In this document: positions 36,675-45,430 of the stretch, in pieces
Layout of the letters: every line of letters begins with the position of its first letter
Position numbering within the stretch: the first letter of the stretch is position 1
Assembly (NCBI GenBank): GCA_016931315.1
Contig: JAFGFB010000035.1
Location: 1 to 49,901 of the forward strand
Length of the DNA: 49,901 bases
Source of the DNA: Anaerolineae bacterium
GTDB taxonomy: Bacteria; Chloroflexota; Anaerolineae; B4-G1; SLSP01
Direction: 5' to 3'
Program-made: the position numbers and the translations under genes
The notes under the pieces: model-generated
Database searches by the model: none
The model's input: only the letters and a program-made list of their open reading frames with translations
What the model was told of the DNA's origin: nothing

Positions 36675-37748
36675 TCAACTAACGGCGCGAACCAGGTTCA
36701 TCATGAAGAAAAGTGGTCTGGGCGGGGTAATCACGTTGAGGGTCCCGGTCAGGTAGAGCGACCGCGACGGGCAGGCAAAGGCGAACGATCCGGTCGAGCC
36801 GGAGTGGCCGACGAATTCCGGGAGCGGGGTGATCCAAAAGAAACGCGGCAACTGAAAGTACATCATCCCGTAGCCGTAGCGGAGCGGGAAGAAAATCTTG
36901 TTCCAGGTCATCATCCGCGTCAGAAAGGCTTTGTCAAAGAGCCGCCCCTCCATAAAAGCGCGCAGGAATGTCATACATTCGGAAGCCGTCGAAACCAGGC
37001 CGCCATCAGATACATTGGACGAAAGGTATTGGGGGACATTGACTGGAGCTTTGTTCAAATAGAGCGTGGCAGGCGCATCAGCCGGGCGGGGCTTGGTCCA
37101 GTCGTAGAGATAGGTGCGCTGTAAGCCAAGTGGTGCACAGATGCATTCCGCGAAATTGACTGCCATGGGTTTTCCCGTGATGGCCTCAATGATTTCACCA
37201 AGCAGGCGGTAATTGAGATTGGAGTAATAGGCCCTGCCGGGTGCGCCGGGTGGAAAGTGTGGGGACAGGATGCGGGTGATCCTGAGCGCCTCAGCAGTAT
37301 CGATGTAACGGTCGTGACCGGATGTCAATTCAGCGATCACGCTTTTGCCGCCGCGCGGTTTATCGGCCTCGAAATCTGCCAGGCCCGAAGTCTGGCTGAT
37401 CAATTGGGACACCTTGAGCTGATAGCTGTAGTCTATCCCCTTATAAATGTGTATCCCATCTAGCATTGCGTCCGGCAGATATGCCGAGACCGGCGCTTCG
37501 AGGTCCAGTTTTTTCTCCTCGTACAACCGCATGATGATAGCCGCGGTGTACATCTTGGTGACACTGGCAATGGAGTACGGCGTGTCGGGTGCCATCGGCG
37601 CGTCGGTGCCGGGATCGGCTATCCCTGCTGCGCCAGCGAAATCGAGGCTGCGGTTGTAGGACTGTACCGCCACGACGATGTTGCGCAGGCCGCCTTTGCC
37701 AACCTGAGCGGCGAGCAGAGATTGCAGTTTTTTGGTTTTGTCGGTCAT
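36675..37748 (-). CDS. Serine hydrolase, beta-lactamase class C/PBP-like family
   Basis: SVTK (SxxK), YSNLNY (YxN), GHSG; no signal peptide. Confidence 0.92.
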   Translation of the reverse strand: MTDKTKKLQSLLAAQVGKGGLRNIVVAVQSYNRSLDFAGAAGIADPGTDAPMAPDTPYSIASVTKMYTAAIIMRLYEEKKLDLEAPVSAYLPDAMLDGIHIYKGIDYSYQLKVSQLISQTSGLADFEADKPRGGKSVIAELTSGHDRYIDTAEALRITRILSPHFPPGAPGRAYYSNLNYRLLGEIIEAITGKPMAVNFAECICAPLGLQRTYLYDWTKPRPADAPATLYLNKAPVNVPQYLSSNVSDGGLVSTASECMTFLRAFMEGRLFDKAFLTRMMTWNKIFFPLRYGYGMMYFQLPRFFWITPLPEFVGHSGSTGSFAFACPSRSLYLTGTLNVITPPRPLFFMMNLVRAVS

Positions 37749-37759
37749 CGTTTTACCTT

Positions 37760-38328
37760 TCAGTTTCTTCTCCGTTCGCAATGCCACTCTGACATACGAG
37801 AAAATGCCACCCATGATGCCCCATTCTTCTCGATACGCTCAACCTTCCGGCAACACGCGCGGAATGGGACGCATCTCATCCACACACCAGGTCAGCACGC
37901 GCCGCCAGGAAAAGCCATCCTGTTCCTCCAACGACCCCAGCAAACGCGGCTCGCGCCGCCCGACGCGCGCCAACGCACACAAGCCCGCCGCCAAGAGTGG
38001 ACGCGGCGGCAGCCCCAACGGGCCCCGTCACCAGAATGTAATCGAACGTTTGGTCGGGAAAGGGCAAACGGGTCACGTCGCCCTGAACCAGCAGCGCTGG
38101 TAATAGCCCCGCCTGATCGACCCGCGTCAGCATCGGCGGAGCCAGGTTGAGCGCGTACACGTCCACGCCGCGTTGCCGCAGGGTCAACGCCAGCGAAATC
38201 GTGCCGCAACACGCCTCCAACATCCGCCCGGAGACGCCTTCGGCGATAGCGGCTTGCTTGTCCGTCTAGCGCCGACTGCGCAGGGCGTCGTCGTAGAAAT
38301 GCGCTACACGACTCCAAAAGGTGTTCAT
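37760..38328 (-). pseudogene. Class I SAM methyltransferase pseudogene
   Basis: MNTFWSRVAHFYD..-TAG(38266-38268)-..MLEACCG..VQGDVTRLPFPDQTFD, then a frameshift near 38020-38026 and a TGA at 37839-37841. The 3' end is approximate. Confidence 0.75.
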
Positions 38329-38405
38329 CTCATAGCTTCTTGAAGGATATCGTGTAAGCGGACCACTTTCCAAAGAACGCTTGCACAACCAAGACCGTTA
38401 ACCTG

Positions 38406-38615
38406 TCATCCGCGTCCTGAGCGCATGCTGTTTGAGAATTGGCGGTCTGTCACTCTCTCCGGGTCGGTTTCGTTGCCTTTTGTAAAGCGGGCTTCCAGTT
38501 CCCACAGTTCAGGTTGGCGTCGAGGGGGTGAGATTCTGTTGCGCAGACTAGCGAACATACGCTTCAAGCCTGCAATCGCTTTTTGAAAAGTGGTTCCAGA
38601 TGACTCGACTTTCAT
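38406..38615 (-). CDS. Small hypothetical protein
   Basis: GGAGG RBS 6 nt before the ATG; fills the gap between co-oriented genes; no motif recognised. Confidence 0.5.
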   Translation of the reverse strand: MKVESSGTTFQKAIAGLKRMFASLRNRISPPRRQPELWELEARFTKGNETDPERVTDRQFSNSMRSGRG

Positions 38616-38708
38616 GTTGTCCTCCAAGTCAACAGCAGAAAGAACGCCTCAGTACCTAAAAAAACATCTACAGGAAGCGATGTTTTGCAAAGCCTCCCAA
38701 ACATCGTT

Positions 38709-39650
38709 TTATGGGTGTGGATGCGCGGCGAAAAAGTCCCATATCACCTGCGAAGCGTTCAACTCGGTCGTCGGAACGTCACCGCCCTTCCAACCCGGCT
38801 GACCACCTGGCCAGGCGTGCCCGCTGCCGACCACGGTGTACAGTTCCACCGCTGCATCTTGCTGGCAGCCGTTGTAGACGGTGTGACGGATGCTGCCGTT
38901 CTGTGTGACCTGGGGCGTCGAAGCACAGCCATTGTGCCCCACCCAGAACTCTATCGTCGTCTCGACCGGCTCGAAGGGGATGCCCACCAGCGATTCCGCG
39001 CCGACCCCGCCTGCGTAAGGCGCGTGTTTGTCGGCGTCGCCGTGGATGTGCAGCACGGGCACCGGGCGCGACGGCGTGCAAGCGTCGAGGTTCTGCGTCG
39101 CCGCTACCGGGCCGATTGCGGCGATCACGTCCGCTAACTCGCAGGCCAGGCGGTAGGACATAATCGCCCCATTGGACATGCCGGTGGCATAGATGCGCCG
39201 CGCGTCCACGTTGGCAATCGCCTCCAGATCAGCCAGCAGCGCACGCACAAAGCCCACGTCATCCACGTTCTGCTCCATCGCATAACCACAGCAGCGCCCG
39301 CCGTTCCAGGTGAGCAGCCGGTCTGACCGCCGCCCCGTGCCGTTCGGATAGACGACGATGAACCCTTCGGCGTCGGCGACGGCGTCGAAGCCGGTCATCG
39401 TGCGAGCATTCTCGGCATAGCCGCCCCCGCCGTGAAAGACCAACACCACCGGCGTCGCCCGCGCCGGGTCGTAACCGGGTGGGACGTGGACGATATACGA
39501 ACGCTCGCGCCCGGCGTGGGTCAGCGTGCGGGTTACGTCGCCGGGCGACAAGGCCGCCGGCGTGCGTGCGGCCTGGCGCGCTGCCAGCCGACCACAGCCG
39601 GTCAGCCACAACCCACATAGCAGGAACAATAAAAATACGCGACGGTTCAC
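38709..39650 (-). CDS. LpqC/PHB-depolymerase-family esterase, probable lipoprotein
   Basis: Signal peptide with LTGC lipobox; VFHGGGG, WNGGRCCG, DDVGFV, GMSNG, GHAWPG. Confidence 0.9.
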   Translation of the reverse strand: MNRRVFLLFLLCGLWLTGCGRLAARQAARTPAALSPGDVTRTLTHAGRERSYIVHVPPGYDPARATPVVLVFHGGGGYAENARTMTGFDAVADAEGFIVVYPNGTGRRSDRLLTWNGGRCCGYAMEQNVDDVGFVRALLADLEAIANVDARRIYATGMSNGAIMSYRLACELADVIAAIGPVAATQNLDACTPSRPVPVLHIHGDADKHAPYAGGVGAESLVGIPFEPVETTIEFWVGHNGCASTPQVTQNGSIRHTVYNGCQQDAAVELYTVVGSGHAWPGGQPGWKGGDVPTTELNASQVIWDFFAAHPHP

Positions 39651-40160
39651 TCAGGCATCCTCGAAATTGCAGAACAGCACATCCCGATACCCCAGGACGT
39701 AATACCGCTTGCCTTTTTGCGCGACGGCAAACCCTTCCGCTTCTAGCAACGCTTTGTGCGCCTCAGCGCCGCCGGGGAATTTCTCGTTCAGATAGCCATC
39801 GGCTTTGAGCGTCCGCCAGTAGGGGATGTCCAGGTCACAGCCCTCTTGTTTGGCTTCTTCGACGGCGTTGGCGGCGGTCATAACGAAAATGCCGGCGGTC
39901 AGCGTACAGCAGCCCTTGGCCTGGTACTTGTGGGCCAGCCAACGGCACATCTCGATGAGTGTGGTCAGGCGGCCTGGCGGCACCTGCCGCATCAACGCCG
40001 TCACATCGCTGGGATTGACCAACACCACCGGATCGCCGGCCTCTGCCCCCATCTTGTGGACGGCATTGTAACAGGGGAAGCCCGCTTGCAGGGCGATTAC
40101 CTTGGGATAGCCGGGCTTGTCGGCGAGTTTCTCTTGCCAGGTTTTTCGTTTCGCTGCCAT
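39651..40160 (-). CDS. MGMT/alkyltransferase-like DNA-binding protein
   Basis: VPPGRLTT, IPYWRTL in place of PCHRV, LLEAEG. Confidence 0.75.
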   Translation of the reverse strand: MAAKRKTWQEKLADKPGYPKVIALQAGFPCYNAVHKMGAEAGDPVVLVNPSDVTALMRQVPPGRLTTLIEMCRWLAHKYQAKGCCTLTAGIFVMTAANAVEEAKQEGCDLDIPYWRTLKADGYLNEKFPGGAEAHKALLEAEGFAVAQKGKRYYVLGYRDVLFCNFEDA

Positions 40161-40163
40161 TTG

Positions 40164-41393
40164 TTATGCCTCCCTTGCCCGAAAGCGCCACACGGCCAGG
40201 ACGAAAAAGCCCAGGGCGTAGGCCAGCAGGATGCCGGCGGGCTGCCAAACCGACGCCAGCCCCAATCCGCGCACCAGGATATTCTGCAAGCCATCCATCG
40301 CCCAAGCGCCCGGGGTGAGATGCCCAATCGTATAGAACGCCTTGCTCGTCACTTCCAACGGAAACCACGCCCCACCCAACGAGGTGAACAGGAACATGGC
40401 AATCAGACAAAAGAGAATGACCTGCTCTTCGCCTTGAGCTAACATGCCGATGAACAAGCCCATGCTGGCGATCCACAAGCTGAACGCTGTGGCGACCAGC
40501 AGCACGCCCAACGGCTCGCGGAAATAATTGACGCCTAACAGAAGCTGGCCGAACAGGATGAGCAGCAGTGTTTGCCCCAACACCAGGGCCACCATCGCCA
40601 GCCAATGCCCGGCGATGATCTGCCAGGGTTTCATGGCCGTGGTGATGAGCCGCTGCAAGGTGCGCGTCTTGCGTTCCTGCACCAGGATGCCCGCCGCGCC
40701 GATCATGCCCGTGATCGCAAACTGCACCAACATGCCGGGCGAGCTTTGGTTGAACGGGTTGCCGCCCAGCGGCGCGGCTTGCTCGGTCTGGGCGACAGCG
40801 CATTCGACGCGTACCCACGCCCCCTGTTGATCGGTTTGCATCCAACCAGCCAGGGCGGCCTTTAGCGCAGCCTCACGTTCTTGCGCCTGCGCCTCCTCGT
40901 CTATGAGGGCGTTTTGCGCGGCCAGCGCGGCTAGGTCCAGGCGGGTAATCTCGACCGCGCTCAGCGTCCGCACGACTGCCGCCCGCACGATCTGGAAGAG
41001 CGACTGCCCGGTCGTGCTGGACTGGTCCGCGATCAGGGTGAGCTGGAGCGGCGCAGCGGAGAACGCCGCCTGGCCGAATCCGGCGGGGATGACCAACGCG
41101 CCGGCCACCTGGCCTCGGCGCACTGCCGTCTCCGCATCGGCGGGGTCCATCTCCACCCACCTGACTGATCCAGATGCCTCCAGGTCGGCATATAACCGTT
41201 GGCTGAGGTGGCTCTCGCCGTCGGCGTTGACCCAGCCCAGGGGCAGGCGCGGATTGGCAGGCTGTGCCGCACCGCTAAAAGCCAGCCCCATCACCAAAGT
41301 GAACACCATCGGCATCACCAGCAAAAACAGCAGCGACATCTTGTCGCGTAGCACTTGGGAGAGGTCTTTGAGAGCTAAATCGAGGATGCGCAC
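40164..41393 (-). CDS. ABC-2 permease (LnrN-like)
   Basis: ERKTRTLQRLITT, LGGAWFPLE, TPGAWAM. Confidence 0.9.
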   Translation of the reverse strand: MRILDLALKDLSQVLRDKMSLLFLLVMPMVFTLVMGLAFSGAAQPANPRLPLGWVNADGESHLSQRLYADLEASGSVRWVEMDPADAETAVRRGQVAGALVIPAGFGQAAFSAAPLQLTLIADQSSTTGQSLFQIVRAAVVRTLSAVEITRLDLAALAAQNALIDEEAQAQEREAALKAALAGWMQTDQQGAWVRVECAVAQTEQAAPLGGNPFNQSSPGMLVQFAITGMIGAAGILVQERKTRTLQRLITTAMKPWQIIAGHWLAMVALVLGQTLLLILFGQLLLGVNYFREPLGVLLVATAFSLWIASMGLFIGMLAQGEEQVILFCLIAMFLFTSLGGAWFPLEVTSKAFYTIGHLTPGAWAMDGLQNILVRGLGLASVWQPAGILLAYALGFFVLAVWRFRAREA

Positions 41394-41404
41394 GAGATTC
41401 TCCT

Positions 41405-42676
41405 TCAGGCAAACCTACGGCGAAACAGTATTGCGCCGAGGGCAAACATGGCCGCGCCTATCGCCACGGCAATAAAAAAGGGCAGCAGCAGCTCGTTCGG
41501 CGCTTGGCCGGCCAATGCCAATCGCCAGCCCTTTAGCACCCAGCCGTGTGGCGTAAACAGCGCGGCCACATCGAGAAACGCCGGCATCCCCTGAATCCCC
41601 ACCGTGAACAGCCCGCCGAGCATCCCCAACACGGTCAGCCCGCCGCCTAGCACCGGCCCGGCCTGACGCGAGTGCTTGACCAGGGCGATCAACAGCACGC
41701 CCAATCCCGCCGTGGCGACGACCTGGGCGACCAGGGCCAGCAGCGCACTGTCGGTGCGCCCCCAATGAATGCCAAAGGTCAGCCCGGCGAACAGCATCAG
41801 CGCCGCACCTTGCAGGATGACGGTCAGGATTACCGCCAGGAACTTGCCGCCTAAAATGACGGTGCGGTCGGTCGGTGTAGTGAACAGACGCGCTAGGGTG
41901 CCTTCTTCTTGCTCGCGCAGAATCGAGGTCATCGAATAAGCCGCCGTGTAAAAGGCGAAAAAGATCATCTGCCCGGCCATCGTTGTCCCTAGAATCTGAC
42001 TCATCGGCGCGGCTGTCTCATCCACGCCTGGCGCGACCAGGCGCAAGGCCGCTTGGGTGGGATGGTGGAACGTGGCGCGTTGGAAATCAGTGTACCAGGT
42101 CTGATACTGCCCGATCAGCGCCGGAATCTGCGTCGGGGCGAAGGCCAGTCCGCGCGCCGCGTGCCGCTCCTGGATGACCTCAATAGCGATGCGTCCGCCG
42201 GTGACGCCATCCAACAACGACATGACCATGCCGCCGACCACCTGCGGCCCCAGGGTCAGGGTGGGATCGTGCAAGATGAGGACCATCGTGTCCGGCGACG
42301 GTTCGCCGGAGAGCGCCGCTGCACTCAGGCCAGCCGGGATGATCACGGCGATGCCGATCTCCTGGCGGTCGAGGGCGGCGCGCGCGCCGGCTACGTCGGG
42401 ATACACCCTGACATTCAGCCAATCGACGACGCTCGCATCGGTGAACATCTCGACCAGCGTTTGTCCCAGGTTGAAGGATATATCAGGAGATGGCGCGTCG
42501 GCATTGATCAATCCCACTTGAATGACCGACATATCGCGCTGTTCGCCGCTTATGCCGCCAAACGCGAGATAGATCAGTCCGGTGATTAGCAGCGGCGCCG
42601 CCACCATCATCCCCACCGCAAACAGGCTGCGGAAAGAGCGCAGCATATCTTTGAGCGCAATGTCGAACAGTTTCAT
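41405..42676 (-). CDS. ABC-2 permease (LnrM-like)
   Basis: EQEEGTLARLFTTP, TPHGW; GGAGG RBS before the ATG at 42676. Confidence 0.9.
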   Translation of the reverse strand: MKLFDIALKDMLRSFRSLFAVGMMVAAPLLITGLIYLAFGGISGEQRDMSVIQVGLINADAPSPDISFNLGQTLVEMFTDASVVDWLNVRVYPDVAGARAALDRQEIGIAVIIPAGLSAAALSGEPSPDTMVLILHDPTLTLGPQVVGGMVMSLLDGVTGGRIAIEVIQERHAARGLAFAPTQIPALIGQYQTWYTDFQRATFHHPTQAALRLVAPGVDETAAPMSQILGTTMAGQMIFFAFYTAAYSMTSILREQEEGTLARLFTTPTDRTVILGGKFLAVILTVILQGAALMLFAGLTFGIHWGRTDSALLALVAQVVATAGLGVLLIALVKHSRQAGPVLGGGLTVLGMLGGLFTVGIQGMPAFLDVAALFTPHGWVLKGWRLALAGQAPNELLLPFFIAVAIGAAMFALGAILFRRRFA

Positions 42677-42695
42677 AGCGTCCTCCGTAGAGCAA

Positions 42696-42716
42696 AGATG
42701 CAGGATGCAAGATGCA
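42696..42716. repeat. Three tandem heptamers (A/G)GATGCA
   Basis: agatgca-ggatgca-agatgca in the intergenic gap. Confidence 0.7.
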
Positions 42717-42737
42717 GAATTTCCGTTCTTGCTTCTT

Positions 42738-43676
42738 TTAGTCCCGCAACGCCCGCCCGGTGAGGTGCAAAAATACCGCTTCCAGGTTCGGCTCGCGAAT
42801 GTCGACGCCGGTGATGCGCGCGCCGGCAATCGTAGCCGCCTCGAACAGACGCGGCAAGACGCGGTTGCTGTCGTCCACCAGCACCGTGACCAGCCCATCC
42901 TGGGCAGAAGCGCGTGAGACGCCCTCCACCTGCTGCCAGGCGGTCAGGACGCGCTCTGCGTCCACGTTCAGGGTCAGGTCGATGCGTGTCTGCTCGCCTA
43001 CCAGTTGAATCAGCTCGTCGTGTGTGCCGCAGGCGATCACCTGTCCGTGATCCATTATGGCGATGTGGTCAGACAACTCGGCGGCTTCTTCCATATAGTG
43101 GGTGGTGTACAGCACTGTCATACCCTGGCAGTTGAGTTCCTTGACGTTGTCCAGGATGTGACGGCGGCTCTGCGGATCAATGCCCACCGTCGGCTCATCC
43201 ATGATGATCACCTGCGGCTTGTGCAGCAGCGCCGCGCCGATGTTCACCCGCCGTTTCATCCCGCCGGAGAACTTTTCCACACACCCCTTTTGGCGGTCAG
43301 CCAGGTCGATGATCTCCAGCACCTCATCCACGCGCCGTTGGAGGACCGTGCCGCGCAACCCGTACATTTTGCCCCAAAAGAGCAGGTTTTCGCGCGCCGA
43401 GAGGTCGGGGTAGAGCGCGATGTCCTGCGGTACCACGCCCAGGCACGCTTTGGCCGCCTCCGGTTCGCGGTTAATGGAATGGCCCATCACCAGGGCATCC
43501 CCCTCGGTGGGAGCCAGTAGGCCGGAGAGCATAGAAATGATCGTGCTTTTGCCCGCGCCGTTGGGACCGAGCAAACTCAGGATTTCCCCGACCGGCGCGG
43601 TCAGGCTGACGCCTTGCACGGTGTGCAGGTCGCCGAATCGTTTGTGCAAATTCTGCATTTCGATAGCCAGCATCAT
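42738..43676 (-). CDS. ABC-2 ATP-binding protein (DrrA/LnrL-like)
   Basis: GPNGAGKST, FSGGMKRR, MDEPT, YTTHYMEEA, EPNLEAVFLHLTGRALRD. Confidence 0.95.
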   Translation of the reverse strand: MMLAIEMQNLHKRFGDLHTVQGVSLTAPVGEILSLLGPNGAGKSTIISMLSGLLAPTEGDALVMGHSINREPEAAKACLGVVPQDIALYPDLSARENLLFWGKMYGLRGTVLQRRVDEVLEIIDLADRQKGCVEKFSGGMKRRVNIGAALLHKPQVIIMDEPTVGIDPQSRRHILDNVKELNCQGMTVLYTTHYMEEAAELSDHIAIMDHGQVIACGTHDELIQLVGEQTRIDLTLNVDAERVLTAWQQVEGVSRASAQDGLVTVLVDDSNRVLPRLFEAATIAGARITGVDIREPNLEAVFLHLTGRALRD

Positions 43677-44008
43677 TGTTTTCTCTCCCCGGAGATCGAT
43701 TTTTGTGCAACGCCCCGTACGGTCAGGCCGAACGGAACAGAACACACTGCCCCCATTGCGAAGATTGCCACGAAATCCTCTGCCGGAAAGGGCGCGTCGG
43801 TGATAAATGGCTGCAAGATGAAGAAGACCAGCAGCGCCACGAATAACATGCTTGCCTGAAAGAGCAATCCTGTTCCGACCACGTAACCCAACGTCCGCCG
43901 CTGCCACAGCGCCACACCACTAATCACCCACAGCGGCGTGATCAGTAAATCGGCGATCAGCACGGCGAGTTCTGCTGGTGGTAACGGTGTCCCAACCGGC
44001 AAGTGCGC
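43673..44008 (-). pseudogene. 5'-truncated membrane protein remnant
   Basis: Three TMs with no credible start or RBS; its stop overlaps the ABC ATPase start (ATGA); upstream sequence changes character abruptly. Confidence 0.55.
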
Positions 44009-44275
44009 TCACAAGGCAAGAATACGTTTTTGAGATGGGCGCGGTACTATCTGAGCACATTCGACGCGTAGCGAAACATCTGTGTAAAAAGTGGGCGCCT
44101 CTTTCCAACTCCGGGAGAAGCGGGCGTATCGCAGTTCCTGCGCAATGTTATCTTGTGCAGAAACCACAATCCACGATGGCTCTTCGAAGATTGGAACTAC
44201 GGTTTGACGATATATCCGCAGCGGATAATTCAGTTCCATGCCCGCTTCCAGGAATTGATGTCTCGTTATTATCAT
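44009..44275 (-). CDS. Hypothetical protein or fragment
   Basis: 88-aa ORF in a visibly more AT-rich patch; no motif recognised. Confidence 0.3.
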   Translation of the reverse strand: MIITRHQFLEAGMELNYPLRIYRQTVVPIFEEPSWIVVSAQDNIAQELRYARFSRSWKEAPTFYTDVSLRVECAQIVPRPSQKRILAL

Positions 44276-44409
44276 AGCATGGATAAATTAATAACTGTTT
44301 ACTGGCACATTAACACTGTGTAAAAATTCCCCGGGCCGCTTTTCTCCGCGCCAAACACTTTCATCTTATCAGCCTGATGGGATCGGTGGGTATATGGATT
44401 CTGCTCAAT

Positions 44410-44466
44410 CCTACCTTCCAACCTATCTTTCGGTAGGTGACAACCTAACCCCTCCTCAGTTACACT
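44410..44466 (+). promoter_or_regulatory. Putative activator site and -10 for the 44497 operon
   Basis: CCTACCTT/CCTATCTT direct repeats 12 bp apart, near-palindrome ACCTATC-N4-GGTAGGT, and TACACT at 44461. Confidence 0.45.
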
Positions 44467-44496
44467 GTACTTAACCGCAACAAACGGAGGTGCAGG

Positions 44497-44739
44497 ATGA
44501 TAGAAAATGGATTAGTGGAAGCGTGTTACGAGATCCGATTTCAGGGGCATCTGGATCAACAGCGAGCGCAGCATTTTGCAGGGTTAACTATTATGTTGCT
44601 GACCAATGGCGAAACGCTGCTTAGTGGCCCGATCGCGGATCAAGCCGCGTTACATGGCATCCTGGCCCGTATCCGCGATTTGGGAGTCGTGCTGCTGGAA
44701 GTGAAGCGTACACCTACGAACAAGCCTGTGACATACTGA
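44497..44739 (+). CDS. Small conserved hypothetical protein (YEIR..GHLD/DQAALHG family)
   Basis: YEIRFQGHLD...DQAALHGILARIRDLG; GGAGG RBS. Confidence 0.8.
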   Translation: MIENGLVEACYEIRFQGHLDQQRAQHFAGLTIMLLTNGETLLSGPIADQAALHGILARIRDLGVVLLEVKRTPTNKPVTY

Positions 44740-44762
44740 TTCCAGGGAAGGCATATTTTCTC

Positions 44763-45401
44763 ATGAGCATTTTGCAATTTACCATTATCGCTATCGTTTT
44801 GTTTGTCATTGTATCGCTGCTTTGGCGACTTGGCTCACATTGGAAGTCGCTACCTTGCCCATCCTGGTTGGGCTGGGTAGTGGAAATGGACAACCCGTTC
44901 ACCAAAACCAACCGCGCCAGCGTCATCATCAGTCTGTTGGAGTTGCAGCCCGGCATGAGAGTATTGGATGCTGGTTGTGGGTCTGGGCGGCTAGCCATTC
45001 CCGCCGCACAAGCCATCGGTCCGCAGGGCGAGGTAACTGCATTGGACCTCCAGTCTGCCATGTTGGCGCGTGTGCGGGAAAAAGCCCAGGACGCACAACT
45101 CTCGAATATCCGCTTGATGCAGGCCGGGTTGGGTCAAGGCACACTAGAAAAGGCCTACTACGACCGGGCGTTGCTGGTCACGGTGTTGGGGGAGATTCCG
45201 GAGCAGAAGGCTGCCCTGGCGGAGATACATGCGGCGCTCAAACCGGGTGGGATTCTCTCGGTAACGGAAGTCATTTTCGACCCACACTTCCAAACCCGCG
45301 AGTCAGTGCAACGGGCAGCCAGCCACGTTGGATTCCGCGAGGCAGGGTTCTTCGGGAAACGCCTGGCTTATACCTTACACTTCGAAAAAATCGGGCAGTA
45401 A
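44763..45401 (+). CDS. Class I SAM-dependent methyltransferase with N-terminal TM
   Basis: VLDAGCGSG, LKPGGIL. Confidence 0.92.
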   Translation: MSILQFTIIAIVLFVIVSLLWRLGSHWKSLPCPSWLGWVVEMDNPFTKTNRASVIISLLELQPGMRVLDAGCGSGRLAIPAAQAIGPQGEVTALDLQSAMLARVREKAQDAQLSNIRLMQAGLGQGTLEKAYYDRALLVTVLGEIPEQKAALAEIHAALKPGGILSVTEVIFDPHFQTRESVQRAASHVGFREAGFFGKRLAYTLHFEKIGQ

Positions 45402-45430
45402 TTCTGTTTTGCGATCAAAAGAGGTCATAA

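Noticed and set aside
36675-37748. True beta-lactamase resistance gene
   Set aside because: Family motifs only, with no signal peptide; many members are esterases or peptidases.
36253-38268. Genome-wide TAG recoding
   Set aside because: Many intact genes here terminate at TAG at expected lengths, and one affected gene also carries a frameshift.
38340-38660. Integron attC sites around the small ORF
   Set aside because: GTTAAC- and GAGGCG-like words are present, but I found no paired R''/R' boxes with an extended hairpin, and no intI.
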